Source: Alphaproteobacteria bacterium (lineage in GTDB: Bacteria > Pseudomonadota > Alphaproteobacteria > GCA-2731375). Taken from it: a stretch of 64,000 nt of DNA. The notes below the pieces were generated by a model that saw only the letters and a list, made by a program, of their open reading frames with translations, did not search any database and was not told the DNA's origin. This document shows positions 16,731 to 27,309 of this stretch, piece after piece. The DNA is taken from the NCBI GenBank assembly GCA_040223615.1, contig JAVKFY010000027.1, positions 1,220 to 65,219 on the forward strand, read 5' to 3'. Numbering within the stretch: position 1 is the stretch's first letter; every line of letters begins with the position of its first letter. The position numbers and the translations under genes are program-made.

Positions 16731-18121
16731 GCCTGCCCGCGGACATCCACTACCGCTCGCTGGCCGAGGTCGCCGGGCTGCTGCGTCAGGGCGAGATCGG
16801 CTCGGTGGCGCTGACCGAGGCGCTGCTGGCGCGCATCGCCGAACGCGAGCCGGTGCTGCACGCCTTCATTCGCGTCACCGGCGACCTGGCGCTGGAGCAA
16901 GCGCGCCGGGCCGACGCGGCACTCGCCGAGGGCAAGGTGCTCGGCCCCCTGCACGGCGTTCCGGTGGCGATCAAGGACCTGCTGGTCACCAACGGCATCC
17001 CCACCACCTTCGCCTCGCGCGCCTACGAGGACTACGTCACCGACTACGACGCCACCGTGGTGACGCGGCTGGCCGAGGCCGGCGCGGTGATCGTCGGCAA
17101 GACCAACCTGTCGGAAGGCGCGGCCTGTTCCAGCAGCCAGTCGTCGGCCTTCGGCGGCCCGGCCAACCCGTGGAACCCGGCCTACATCACCGGCGGCTCG
17201 TCGGGCGGCTCGGCGGCGGCGGTGGCGGCCGGCCTGGCCTATGGCGCGATCGGCTCCGACACCGCGATGTCAATCCGCCAGCCTGCCGCCGTGTGCGGCA
17301 TCGTCGGGCTGAAGCCGACCTACGGGCTGGTGCCGAAGTATGGCGCGATGTCGCTGTCCTTCTCGCTCGACCACCTCGGCCCGATGACCCGCGATGTGCG
17401 CGACGCGGCGCTGATGCTGCAGGTGCTGGCCGGCGCCGACCCGAAGGACCCAACCAGCGTCGCCGCGCCGGAAACCGACTATGCCGGCCGGCTCGGCCAC
17501 GACATCCGCGGCGCCCGGCTGGCGGTGATGCGCGACGCGCACTTCGCGACCGCCGATCCACAATGGGCGACGGCGGCAGAGCGCGCGCTGGACGCCCTGC
17601 GCGACCAGGGCGCCACGGTCGAGGAGGTGGTGCTGCCGCACCTGGACGACCTGATGCTGGTCGCCTCGACGATCATCGCCGTGGAGGGCGCGTCGTTCCA
17701 TGCCGCCCGCTACAAGGCCGCTCCGGACACGTTCGGGCCGACGCTGCACGGACTGGTCGAGGTCGGCCAGAGCTTCTCCGGCGTGCAGTTCGTCCAGGCG
17801 CAGCGAGCGCGGCGCATGCTGACCGACGGGTTCCTGGCTGCCTTTGCCGGCTATGACGCGCTGGTGCTGCCGACCACGCGGCCGGCGACCAACCGCATCG
17901 CCGATGAGACGCCGGGCATGATCACCGAACGCCTGCCCAACACCCTGCCGTTCAACGCGCTGGGGCTGCCGGCGATCACGGTGCCGGCCGGCTTGGACGA
18001 CAACGGCCTGCCGATCGGCGTGCAGTTCGTCGGCCAGGCCTTCGCCGAAGCCCGCATCCTGCAACTCGCGCACGCCTACGAACGCGCCAGCGGCAACCAG
18101 GGCCGGCATCCGGACATATGA
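16727..18121 (+). CDS. Amidase signature (AS) family amidase (GatA/AtzE-like)
   Basis: Gly/Ser-rich AS motif GGSSGGSAAAVAAGLAYGAIGSDTAMSIRQPAAVCGIVGLKPTYG. Confidence 0.85.
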   Translation: MSLPADIHYRSLAEVAGLLRQGEIGSVALTEALLARIAEREPVLHAFIRVTGDLALEQARRADAALAEGKVLGPLHGVPVAIKDLLVTNGIPTTFASRAYEDYVTDYDATVVTRLAEAGAVIVGKTNLSEGAACSSSQSSAFGGPANPWNPAYITGGSSGGSAAAVAAGLAYGAIGSDTAMSIRQPAAVCGIVGLKPTYGLVPKYGAMSLSFSLDHLGPMTRDVRDAALMLQVLAGADPKDPTSVAAPETDYAGRLGHDIRGARLAVMRDAHFATADPQWATAAERALDALRDQGATVEEVVLPHLDDLMLVASTIIAVEGASFHAARYKAAPDTFGPTLHGLVEVGQSFSGVQFVQAQRARRMLTDGFLAAFAGYDALVLPTTRPATNRIADETPGMITERLPNTLPFNALGLPAITVPAGLDDNGLPIGVQFVGQAFAEARILQLAHAYERASGNQGRHPDI

Positions 18122-18819
18122 CCTTCGAGCCGTCGCTGGTCCCGGCCCGCTTGCGGCGCCGCTACAAGCGCTTCTTCGCCGACATGACCCTGGACGACGG
18201 CCGCGAGGTCGTCGCGCACTGCCCCAATCCCGGCGCCATGCTGGGGCTGCTGAACGAGGGCGCGCGCTGCTGGCTCAGCCCGTCGACCAACCCGAAGCGC
18301 AAGCTCGCCTGGACCTGGGAGCTGGTCGACGCCGACGGCGGCCTGGTCGGGCTCAATACCGGGCGACCGAACGCGCTCGTCGCCGACGCGATCCGGGACG
18401 GCACGATGCCTGAACTGGCCGGCTACGGCGAGCTGCGGCGCGAGGTGAAGTACGGCAAGAACTCGCGCATCGACATCCTGTTGCGGGAACCGGGCCGGCC
18501 GGATTGCTATGTCGAGGTGAAGAACGTGCATCTCAGGCGCGAGGCCGGATTGGCCGAGTTCCCCGACTCGGTGACCGCGCGCGGGGCCAAGCATCTGGCC
18601 GAACTGGCGGACATGGTGACCGCCGGGCATCGCGCCGTGATGTGCTTTCTGATACAACGCGCCGATTGCGATCGACTGGCGCTGGCTGGCGACATCGACC
18701 CGGCCTATGCCCGCGCTTTCGCCGCCGCCACGGCGGCTGGCGTTGAGACGGTCGCCTACGGTTGCCATATTACGCATGAGGCGATCGCCGTGGATCGTCG
18801 GATGAGCTTCGCGGGCTAG
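18118..18819 (+). CDS. sfsA: Sugar fermentation stimulation protein SfsA homologue
   Basis: …YKRFFADM…AHCPNPGAM… N-terminal pattern of SfsA. ATGA overlap with the amidase stop. Confidence 0.85.
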   Translation: MTFEPSLVPARLRRRYKRFFADMTLDDGREVVAHCPNPGAMLGLLNEGARCWLSPSTNPKRKLAWTWELVDADGGLVGLNTGRPNALVADAIRDGTMPELAGYGELRREVKYGKNSRIDILLREPGRPDCYVEVKNVHLRREAGLAEFPDSVTARGAKHLAELADMVTAGHRAVMCFLIQRADCDRLALAGDIDPAYARAFAAATAAGVETVAYGCHITHEAIAVDRRMSFAG

Positions 18820-18826
18820 AGGGCAA

Positions 18827-19657
18827 ATGGATCGCAACTACGTCAGCGCCGACGAGGCGCCGAGCAGCAATACCGGGCACATCAAGCTGCACGGGGCCGA
18901 AGCCTTCGAGGGCATGCGCAAGGCCGGCCGGCTGGGCGCCGAGACGCTGGATTTCATCACCCCGCAGGTGCAGCCTGGCGTGACCACCGAACAGCTCGAC
19001 AAGCTGTGCCACGACTTCATCTGCGACCATGGCGCGGTGCCGGCACCGCTGAATTACCGCGGCTACCCGAAGTCGATCTGCACCTCGATCAACCACGTCG
19101 TCTGTCACGGCATCCCCGGCGAGCGCACCTTGCGCGACGGCGACATGATGAACATCGACGTCACCGTGATCGTCGACGGCTGGCACGGCGATACCAGCCG
19201 GATGTTCCACGTCGGCGCGCCGAAGATCAAAGCCAAGCGGCTGGTGGAAGTCACCTACGAGGCGATGATGCGCGGCATCGCGGTGATCAAGCCGGGCGCG
19301 ACGCTGGGCGACATCGGCGAGGCGATCCAGCGCTACGCGGAAGGCGAGCGCTGTTCGGTGGTGCGCGACTTCTGCGGCCACGGGCTGGGCCGGGTGTTCC
19401 ACGACGCGCCGAACATCCTGCACTACGGCCGCGCCGGCGCCGGGCTGGCGCTGCGCGAGGGCATGTTCTTCACCGTGGAGCCGATGATCAATCTCGGCCG
19501 CTTCGACGTGAAGCTGCTTGGTGACGGCTGGACCGCGGTGACCAAGGACCGTTCGCTGTCGGCCCAGTTCGAGCATTCCGTGGGCGTCACCGCCGACGGC
19601 GTGGAAATCTTCACCACCTCCCCGGCCGGCCTGCACTGCCCGCCCTATAACGTCTGA
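18827..19657 (+). CDS. map: Type I methionine aminopeptidase
   Basis: Metal-ligand regions …VVCHGIPG…[14 protein letters not shown]…HGLG… conserved. Confidence 0.9.
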   Translation: MDRNYVSADEAPSSNTGHIKLHGAEAFEGMRKAGRLGAETLDFITPQVQPGVTTEQLDKLCHDFICDHGAVPAPLNYRGYPKSICTSINHVVCHGIPGERTLRDGDMMNIDVTVIVDGWHGDTSRMFHVGAPKIKAKRLVEVTYEAMMRGIAVIKPGATLGDIGEAIQRYAEGERCSVVRDFCGHGLGRVFHDAPNILHYGRAGAGLALREGMFFTVEPMINLGRFDVKLLGDGWTAVTKDRSLSAQFEHSVGVTADGVEIFTTSPAGLHCPPYNV

Positions 19658-19667
19658 GGCCGGCGGC

Positions 19668-20354
19668 ATGGCGGCGGCGGACAAACCGGACCACGCCGGA
19701 CACCGCGCCCGCCTCCGGCAACGCTTTCTCGACGCCGGACCGGCCAGCCTGGCCGACTACGAACTGCTGGAGATGATTTTGTTCGGCGCCAACCCACGCG
19801 GCGACACCAAGCCGCTGGCCAAGGCGCTGCTGGCGCGCTTCGGCGACTTCAACGGCGTGGTCACCGCCGAGCCGGCGCGGCTGCGCGAAGTGAGCGGCGT
19901 CGGCGACACCGTGGTCGCGACCCTGAAGGGCGTGCATGCCGCCTCGCTGCGGCTGCTGCGCGGCCAGGTGCTGAACCGGCCGGCGATCTCGTCCTGGGAT
20001 GCGCTGATCGACTACTGCCAGGCGTCGATGGGCTACGCCACGGTGGAGGAGTTCCGGGTGCTGTTCCTGGACCGCAAGAACCAGCTCATCGCCGACGAGG
20101 TGCAGCAGCGCGGCACCGTCGACCATGCCCCGGTCTATCCACGCGAAGTGGTCAAGCGCGCGCTGGACCTGGCGGCCACGGCGGTGATCCTGGTGCACAA
20201 TCACCCCTCCGGCGACCCGACGCCGAGCCGGGCCGACGTGGAGATGACCAACCAGGTGGTGGCGGCCGCCAAGCCGCTCGGCATAACCGTGCACGACCAC
20301 CTGGTGATCGGGCGCGAGCGCCACGCCAGCTTCAAGTCGCTGGGCCTGCTTTGA
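19668..20354 (+). CDS. radC: RadC-like JAB-domain protein (UPF0758)
   Basis: [22 protein letters not shown]-type motif and helix-hairpin-helix N-terminal region. Confidence 0.85.
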   Translation: MAAADKPDHAGHRARLRQRFLDAGPASLADYELLEMILFGANPRGDTKPLAKALLARFGDFNGVVTAEPARLREVSGVGDTVVATLKGVHAASLRLLRGQVLNRPAISSWDALIDYCQASMGYATVEEFRVLFLDRKNQLIADEVQQRGTVDHAPVYPREVVKRALDLAATAVILVHNHPSGDPTPSRADVEMTNQVVAAAKPLGITVHDHLVIGRERHASFKSLGLL

Positions 20355-21235
20355 ACCAATTCTCCTTGAATGCCGACGCGCTGCGCGGCATCGGCTTCAT
20401 GCTGCTCGGCTGCACGATCTTTCCGGTGCTGAACGCCTGCGCCAAGGCGCTGGGCAACGACTATCCGATCACCGAGGTGGTGTGGGCGCGCTATGCCGGA
20501 CACCTGGCGGTAATCCTGATCGCGTTCATGCCCCGGCACGGCTGGCGGCTGTTCGCGGCGCGCCGGCCGGGCATGCAGGCGATCCGCTCGGTGCTGCTGT
20601 TCTGCTCCACGTCGTTTTATTTCACCGCCCTGCACTTCCTGCCGATGGCGACGGCCGCGTCGATCAGCTTCACCTCGCCGTTCCTGGTGATGGCGCTGTC
20701 GGTGCCGCTGCTGGGCGAGAAGGTCGGCCCGCACCGGATCGCCGCCGCGCTGATCGGTTTCGCCGGCGCGCTGGTCATCATCCGGCCCGGGCTGGAGGGC
20801 ACGCACTGGGCGACCCTGCTGGTGGTCGGCAGCGCGTCGTGCTTCGCGCTCTACTCGGTGCTGACCCGCAAGGTCTCGGGCATCGACAGCTCGGAGACCA
20901 TGGTCGCCTATACCGCGCTGGTCGGCGTGGTGGTGGCGACCTGCGCGATGCCGTTCATCGAGTGGGAATGGCCGCACAACTGGCTCGACGTGGCGATGTT
21001 CGCCGCCATGGGCGTGTGCGGCGGCACCGGGCATTTCTTCGTCATCAAGGCGTTCAGCTACGGCCAGGCCTCGATGATCGCGCCGTTCAACTATGTCCAG
21101 CTCATCGGCGCCACCGCGCTGGGCTACTGGATCTTCGGGAATTTCCCGGACTCCTGGACATGGGCCGGCGCCGCGCTGATCGTGGCGGGCGGCATGTACA
21201 TGGCCTATCGCGAGGGCCTTAGGAGGACGACATGA
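20351..21235 (+). CDS. DMT-superfamily (EamA-like) transporter
   Basis: ~10 predicted TM helices in two EamA-type repeats. TTG start overlaps the radC stop. Confidence 0.8.
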   Translation: MNQFSLNADALRGIGFMLLGCTIFPVLNACAKALGNDYPITEVVWARYAGHLAVILIAFMPRHGWRLFAARRPGMQAIRSVLLFCSTSFYFTALHFLPMATAASISFTSPFLVMALSVPLLGEKVGPHRIAAALIGFAGALVIIRPGLEGTHWATLLVVGSASCFALYSVLTRKVSGIDSSETMVAYTALVGVVVATCAMPFIEWEWPHNWLDVAMFAAMGVCGGTGHFFVIKAFSYGQASMIAPFNYVQLIGATALGYWIFGNFPDSWTWAGAALIVAGGMYMAYREGLRRTT

Positions 21236-21675
21236 GCCATCCGATCCTGGTCGACATCGGCGAGACCGCCAGCTTCACCAAGACCGTGGCCGAGAGCGAC
21301 ATCTACGGCTTCGCCGGCATCACCGGCGACTTCGCCTGGCCGCATACCAACGAAGCCTTCATGAAGACCTCGCGCTACGGCCAGCGCGTCGCGCACGGCG
21401 CGCTGCTGGTCGGCTTCATGTCGACCGCCTCGGCGCAGCTTGCCATGAAGATGATGCAGTCGATCGACGGCCTGACGGCGATGTCGGTGGGCTACGACCG
21501 CATCCGCTTCACCGGTCCGGTGCTGATCGGCGACACCATCACGGTGGACTACAAGGTCGCCGAACTGGTGCCGGAGAAGGCCCGCACCATCGCCGATCTC
21601 ACCGCCACCAACCAGCGCGGTGAGACCGTCGGCGTCGGCCGCCACATCATGGCCTGGTTGCGCGACGACGCCTGA
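21232..21675 (+). CDS. MaoC-like (R)-hydratase / dehydratase
   Basis: Hot-dog fold motif …FAGITGDFAWPHTNEAF…RVAHGALL… AGGAGG RBS upstream. Confidence 0.8.
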   Translation: MSHPILVDIGETASFTKTVAESDIYGFAGITGDFAWPHTNEAFMKTSRYGQRVAHGALLVGFMSTASAQLAMKMMQSIDGLTAMSVGYDRIRFTGPVLIGDTITVDYKVAELVPEKARTIADLTATNQRGETVGVGRHIMAWLRDDA

Positions 21676-22369
21676 GTGCCATTCCGCCCAGCCCGGCCAG
21701 CAACAGCGCCAAGGTGCCAGGCGCCGGCACGTCGCCGGTCGACTCATCCGACGACGTGGTTTCGCCGGTGAAGGCGATCGACGGGACCAGGCTGGCATTT
21801 TCCACGGTGGTGAACGTCATGACGTTGCCGAAGGAGTTGTCGAGTTCACTCACGAACGTCCAGACGATCGGATCGAGACCCGAGACCGAATGGTCGCCAC
21901 GCACCAGGTCACGATTCGCGACCGCCGTCAGGAGTTGGACGGACGGGTCGGAGAAGGAAACGAGCAAATCGAACGAGAAGTCACTCATGCGGGTGCTGCC
22001 GATGGCGAACTGGCTCTGCGCAGCGGCCAGAATGGTCCCGTCCGATTGAATGTCGATGTTCAGAAGGCCGGACGAGGAGCTGAACAGGCCAGTCCCGGAG
22101 AGAGCGACGACGAACTCGACGCCACCGCCGACCGTCGCGGTGTTGGCACCGCTGATCGAGGCCGAGAAAGCGCCGAACGGTGCGTCCTGAAAGCAATCCC
22201 CGACATTGCATTCCCTGCCATTGTCCGTGACGACCGCGCTGAGCATCACATCGAGCCCGTCGAAGTTCGCGATCGGGGTCGCCAGTGCCGCCGGCGCGCC
22301 GACGATCAGGGAAAGGGCGGCTGCGCCGGCGAAGCCAGCCATTCTGTAGCGGTAAAGCGGTCGGGTCAT
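21647..22369 (-). CDS. PEP-CTERM-anchored secreted protein
   Basis: N-terminal signal peptide. C-terminus VPAPGTLALLLAGLGGMALRRRR has a VPxP-TM-Arg cluster, a PEP-CTERM sorting-signal architecture. GGAGA RBS. Confidence 0.7.
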   Translation of the reverse strand: MTRPLYRYRMAGFAGAAALSLIVGAPAALATPIANFDGLDVMLSAVVTDNGRECNVGDCFQDAPFGAFSASISGANTATVGGGVEFVVALSGTGLFSSSSGLLNIDIQSDGTILAAAQSQFAIGSTRMSDFSFDLLVSFSDPSVQLLTAVANRDLVRGDHSVSGLDPIVWTFVSELDNSFGNVMTFTTVENASLVPSIAFTGETTSSDESTGDVPAPGTLALLLAGLGGMALRRRRATRP

Positions 22370-22631
22370 CTCAGGTCTCCTGGCTATAAACTGATGTGAG
22401 CTGGAGCCCTTGTTGCGGGCCCTTCGAGCGCTTTCCCGCCGGGTCATCAGCAGAATCCGTGCCAAGGCAAGAGAATCATTAATTTCAATGTGTTAGCGGG
22501 ACATCGCCCGACCCGTTGTCAGCTCGTTCGACATCGGCGTTGTCCCCCGTAAGGGGGACGCGGCGGGCGATCGGCGGTGTGCGACAACGACTTGCGAAGC
22601 GCCGCGCGCAGCGGACGACCTGTCGGGAGGG

Positions 22632-23744
22632 TTAACGGGTGAGCTGGATGACTTGACGCACCAGGTCGGCCTGCCGGCGCGCACCGGTCTTGCGCATGGC
22701 GCGCTTCAGCAGCGTGCGGGCGGTTTCCCGACCGATGCCGGCGCGCTCGGCATAGCCCGCGAGGCGCTCGCCCTCGGCCAAGGCCTTGGCCAACCGGGAT
22801 TCCGCCGGGCTCAGGCCCAGGTGCCTGCGGAGCAGCGTCTCGGACGCTGTCGGCTGGGCGCCGACTTCGGCGACGGTGACCAGCGCGATGTGCTGGCTAA
22901 CCGGCAGCGCCCCGGCACGCTGGACGAACGGTTCGATGGTGACATGCAGCGGCGGCGCGTTATCGCGCGGCAAGCTCAAGGTTGCCGCCGGTGGGTGGCC
23001 AGAGGCCGGCCGCGCCGCCACACGCAATGCGCGACCGAGCCGGCGGTGCCCGAGCAGCGAGCGGCAGACCAATCTGTCGCCGCGCCCAGCGTACAGCGGT
23101 CCCTCCTCCGGCAGCAGGCGCTCGGCGGCGGCGTTGCGCCAGACGACACGCCCATCGGCCGTGACCAGCAGAACGGCGTTGGCCTGTCTTTCCAGGGCTG
23201 CCAACGCCACGTCGCGCTGCAACGCGATGCGATCGAACCGTTCGGCCAGCATTGTCGCCTGGCGCAGGTGCGGTCGCAGGCGGGCGATCAGTTCGAGTGC
23301 CGTCGGGTCGAACGGTCCGGCGTCCCGGTTGCGCAAGGTGCTGAACATCGTCACCCGGCCGCCGTCGTGCACCAACTTGCAGGCCGCCATGTACCGCAGA
23401 TCCTGCGGCGCCAGCCACAGGCGGTAGTAGTCGCTCGCCTCCAAATCCTCAGGGTCGTGGTGGGGCGAAGCGAGGACGCCACGCACCACGCCCGGCGCGG
23501 ACAGATTGGCAGCCATCCACGGGTTGTCGCCGACAAAGCGCGGGTCGTAGCTGTCGCGGAAATGCCGGTCGATCCCGACGATGCCGTAGGCAAAGGCATC
23601 GCCGGCGTCGAAATCCTCGGTCGAGACTTCGACGGTCTGCGCGCCCAGTGCCGCGCACAACTCGGCCAGGAACGGCTGCCAGCCGGGTTCGGCGGTCAGG
23701 CCGTCGTAGAGCGATTCGATCAACCGGTCGTGGCCCTGCGTCAC
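22632..23744 (-). CDS. LuxR-family transcriptional regulator (start uncertain: GTG 23744 or TTG 23810)
   Basis: C-terminal LuxR-type HTH (…LGLSPAESRLAKALAEGERLAGYAERAGIGRETARTLLKRAMRKTG…). N-terminal sensory domain unassigned. Confidence 0.7.
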   Translation of the reverse strand: MTQGHDRLIESLYDGLTAEPGWQPFLAELCAALGAQTVEVSTEDFDAGDAFAYGIVGIDRHFRDSYDPRFVGDNPWMAANLSAPGVVRGVLASPHHDPEDLEASDYYRLWLAPQDLRYMAACKLVHDGGRVTMFSTLRNRDAGPFDPTALELIARLRPHLRQATMLAERFDRIALQRDVALAALERQANAVLLVTADGRVVWRNAAAERLLPEEGPLYAGRGDRLVCRSLLGHRRLGRALRVAARPASGHPPAATLSLPRDNAPPLHVTIEPFVQRAGALPVSQHIALVTVAEVGAQPTASETLLRRHLGLSPAESRLAKALAEGERLAGYAERAGIGRETARTLLKRAMRKTGARRQADLVRQVIQLTR

Positions 23745-23868
23745 GTCGCCACCTTTCCGTAACTGCCTGATATTACGAAGCCAGCGGCGAAGAAGATCAA
23801 CCCGGCGCAAACACTTGCCACGGACCGCGCCGGATCGGCTAGAAAGAGCGCGAAACAGAGGAGCTGCG

Positions 23869-25188
23869 ATGATCCCGCGTTACACCCGACCCGAGATGGC
23901 CGCGATCTGGGAACCGGAGAGCAAGTTCCAGATCTGGTTCGAGATCGAGGCGCATGCCTGCGACGCCATGGTCGCGCTCGGCCTGGTGCCGGCCGAGGCG
24001 GCAAGGGAAATCTGGGACAAGGGCAAGTTCGAGGTCGCCCGGGTCGACGAGATCGAGGCCGAGGTCAAGCACGACGTCATCGCCTTCCTGACCAACGTGG
24101 CCGAGCATGTCGGGCCGTCGGCGCGCTTCCTGCACATGGGGCTGACCAGTTCGGACATCCTGGATACCTGCTTTTCGGTCCAGCTCACGCGCGCGGCCGA
24201 CATCCTACTGGCCGACCTGGACGCGCTGCTGGCGGTCCTGAAGCGCCGTGCGGTGGAGCACAAGGACACGGTCTGCGTCGGGCGCAGCCACGGCATCCAC
24301 GCCGAGCCGACGACGTTCGGTCTGAAACTCGCGCAGGCCTACGCCGAGTTCGACCGCGCCCGGCGGCGGCTGGTGGCGGCACGCGAAGAGGTCGCGACCT
24401 GCGCGATCTCCGGCTCGGTCGGCAGCTTCGCCAATGTCGACCCGTCGGTGGAGGCGCACGTCGCGGCCAAGATGGGCCTGGGCATCGAGCCGATCTCGAC
24501 CCAGGTGATCCCGCGCGACCGGCATGCCCAGTTCTTCGCCACGCTGGGGGTGATCGCCTCGTCGATGGAGCGGCTGTCGACCGAGGTGCGCCACCTGCAA
24601 CGCACCGAGGTGCTCGAGGCGGAGGAAGAATTCACCGCCGGCCAGAAGGGCTCCTCGTCGATGCCGCACAAGCGCAATCCGGTCCTGACCGAAAACTTGA
24701 CCGGGTTGGCGCGGCTGGTGCGCGGCATGGTCACGCCGGCGCTGGAGAACGTGGCGCTGTGGCACGAGCGCGACATCTCGCATTCGTCGGTGGAGCGCGG
24801 CATCGGGCCGGACGCGACGGTGACGCTGGACTTCGCACTGGCCCGGCTGACCCGGGTGATGGACCGGCTGGTGGTCTACCCGGAGAACATGGCAGCCAAC
24901 CTGAACAAGCTCGGCGGCCTGATCCATTCGCAGCGGGTGCTGATCGCGCTGGCCCAGGCCGGCATGAGCCGCGAGGACGCCTACCGGCTGGTCCAAACCC
25001 ACGCGATGTCGGTATGGCGCGAGGGCGGCCAGCTGCTCGACCGGCTGCAAGGCGACGGCGAGGTCACCGCCAAGCTGTCCAAGGACCAACTCGCCGACCT
25101 GTTCGATCTCGGCTACCACACCAAGCACGTCGACACGATCTTCGCCCGCGTCTTCGGCCCCGACGCGGCGCGCGCGGCGGCGGAGTAG
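23869..25188 (+). CDS. purB: Adenylosuccinate lyase
   Basis: N-terminus MIPRYTRPEMAAIW… and fumarate-lyase signature GSSSMPHKRNP. Confidence 0.9.
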   Translation: MIPRYTRPEMAAIWEPESKFQIWFEIEAHACDAMVALGLVPAEAAREIWDKGKFEVARVDEIEAEVKHDVIAFLTNVAEHVGPSARFLHMGLTSSDILDTCFSVQLTRAADILLADLDALLAVLKRRAVEHKDTVCVGRSHGIHAEPTTFGLKLAQAYAEFDRARRRLVAAREEVATCAISGSVGSFANVDPSVEAHVAAKMGLGIEPISTQVIPRDRHAQFFATLGVIASSMERLSTEVRHLQRTEVLEAEEEFTAGQKGSSSMPHKRNPVLTENLTGLARLVRGMVTPALENVALWHERDISHSSVERGIGPDATVTLDFALARLTRVMDRLVVYPENMAANLNKLGGLIHSQRVLIALAQAGMSREDAYRLVQTHAMSVWREGGQLLDRLQGDGEVTAKLSKDQLADLFDLGYHTKHVDTIFARVFGPDAARAAAE

Positions 25189-25272
25189 TTTCGATGCCGT
25201 AGCCCGCACATGGCGGCGTGCGGTCCGGGGCCGGAACCTACGTTCATCACAAGAACAACAGGGAGCACGATC

Positions 25273-26205
25273 ATGAGATCAGTCGTCGCCACGCCCGGCG
25301 CGCAGGGCAGCCTCTCCATCGGCGAGGCGCCGGAGCCGAACCCGGATTCCAACGAAGCCGTCATCAAGGTCGCCTGCTTCTCGCTGAACCGCGGCGAGCT
25401 GCGCCGCGCCGAGGCGGCGCCGGCCGGCACCCAGATCGGCTGGGACCATGTCGGCGTGATCGACCAGCCTGCGCGCGACGGCTCCGGGCCGAAGGCCGGC
25501 ACCCGCGTGGTCGGCTTCTCGCGCCGGATGCAGGGCTGGGCGGAAAAAGTCGCGATCCCGACCGCCGACATGGCCGCTATTCCCGACGCGGTGAGCGACG
25601 CGGACGCCGCCACCCTGCCGGTCGCCGGCCTGACCGCGCTGTACAGCCTGGAGCGCTGCGAGCGGCTACTGGCCAGCCGGGTGCTGATCACCGGCGCCAC
25701 CGGCGGCGTCGGCTACTTCGCCTGCCAGCTCGCCAAGGCGATGGGCGCGCACGTCTCCGCGCTGGCCCGGCGCGAGGACCAGAGCGCGTTCCTGAAGGAT
25801 CTCGGCGTCGACGAGGTGATCGTCTCGGCCGACGGCGGCGGGCTGGACCAGTACGGCCTGTTCCGCGGCATCATCGACGGCGTCGGCGGGCCGGTGCTGG
25901 GCAAGCTGATCCAGCGCCTCGACGTCAGCGGCCGGGTGGTGCTCTATGGCGTCAGCGCCGGGCCGGAGACACCGCTGGCGATCCGCGACCTGTTCGTCTC
26001 CGACGGCCGGGTGGAGGGCCTGTTCCTGTACCGGGAGACCGACCGCGAGTCGGCGTCGAAGGGCCTGGCGCGGTTGCTGGCGCTGCTCGCCGACGGGCGG
26101 CTGAAGACCCACGTCGACATCGACGATAGCTGGGAAACGATCGGCGCCACCGCGGCGAAGCTGATCGACCGCAGCTTCCCCGGCAAGGCGGTGTTGCGGC
26201 TGTAA
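25273..26205 (+). CDS. Zinc-type (MDR) quinone oxidoreductase-like protein
   Basis: Rossmann GxGxxG region ITGATGGVGYFACQLAKAMGA. GGGAG RBS. Confidence 0.8.
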   Translation: MRSVVATPGAQGSLSIGEAPEPNPDSNEAVIKVACFSLNRGELRRAEAAPAGTQIGWDHVGVIDQPARDGSGPKAGTRVVGFSRRMQGWAEKVAIPTADMAAIPDAVSDADAATLPVAGLTALYSLERCERLLASRVLITGATGGVGYFACQLAKAMGAHVSALARREDQSAFLKDLGVDEVIVSADGGGLDQYGLFRGIIDGVGGPVLGKLIQRLDVSGRVVLYGVSAGPETPLAIRDLFVSDGRVEGLFLYRETDRESASKGLARLLALLADGRLKTHVDIDDSWETIGATAAKLIDRSFPGKAVLRL

Positions 26206-26240
26206 CGGAACGGTGCGCCACCGCCGGCGTTACGACGTCG

Positions 26241-27176
26241 ATGACGACGACGCCGGACAGAAACAGCTCACCGCTGACTTACGCCCAGTTGCTGCTCGGC
26301 ATGGCCACGTTCGGCTCGGCGACGCCGGTGTCCAAGATCGTCACCGACGCCATGCCGGTCTTCGTTGGCTCCACGCTGCGGGTTTCCCTGGGTGCGGCGG
26401 TGCTGGCGCCGTTGGCGTGGCGGCAGCGCGCGGCGATCCGCGACATCGAACGCGGCGACTGGTTGCGTATCGGCATCGTCTCGCTGTTCGGCATGGTCGG
26501 CTTCTCGGCTTTCATGCTGTACGGCATGGGCATGGTCTCCGGCGTCGTCGGCGCGATCGTGATGAGCACGACACCGGCAGTGACAGCGGCCGCCTCGATG
26601 CTATGGCTGCGCGACGACCCGACCTGGCGCAAACTCACCGCCATCGCGCTGGCGGTGGCCGGCGTGCTGATCTTGCACCTGGGCGGGACAGACGCGGCGT
26701 CGGGCGACGAGGGCTCCCTGCTCTTGGGGACCGGCCTGGTCTTCGCCGCCGTCTGCTGCGAGGCGGTCTACACCCTTGTCGGCAAGACGCTGACGGAGCG
26801 GGTCGACCCGGTGCTGGTGGCCTTCCTGGCGGCGGCGATGGCGGTACCGCTGTTCGCGCCACTGCTGGTCTGGCAATGGCCGCGGTTCGAGGTCGCGAGC
26901 GTGGATACGCGCACCTGGCTGGCCGTGGGCTGGTACGGCGCCGGCACGCTGGCACTGGGTAGCTGGCTTTGGTACGCCGGCATCGCCAAGGCCGAGGGCA
27001 CGGTGGCCGCTGCATTCATGGGCGTCATGCCGGTCTCGGCGCTGCTGCTGTCATACCTGCTGTTGGGCGAGCCGTTCCGCTGGGTACACCTTGTCGGGTT
27101 CGCGACAGTGTTCGGCGGCGTCGTGCTGATGAGCTGGGAGCACGCGCGGATGAGCCGCAAGGATAGTGGCGACTAA
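26241..27176 (+). CDS. DMT-superfamily (EamA-like) transporter
   Basis: Ten hydrophobic segments in two EamA-like halves. Confidence 0.8.
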   Translation: MTTTPDRNSSPLTYAQLLLGMATFGSATPVSKIVTDAMPVFVGSTLRVSLGAAVLAPLAWRQRAAIRDIERGDWLRIGIVSLFGMVGFSAFMLYGMGMVSGVVGAIVMSTTPAVTAAASMLWLRDDPTWRKLTAIALAVAGVLILHLGGTDAASGDEGSLLLGTGLVFAAVCCEAVYTLVGKTLTERVDPVLVAFLAAAMAVPLFAPLLVWQWPRFEVASVDTRTWLAVGWYGAGTLALGSWLWYAGIAKAEGTVAAAFMGVMPVSALLLSYLLLGEPFRWVHLVGFATVFGGVVLMSWEHARMSRKDSGD

Positions 27177-27309
27177 CGGTGCACCGCTGGCGCCGGCGGC
27201 GGTTTGCTCGCTGCGCTGCGACATATCTTAGTCATTTGAATTACAACAGATTTCCCACACCTTTTCCCGTCTCCATGACATATATGCTGCGAGTGCGAAG
27301 TGACTCTTC

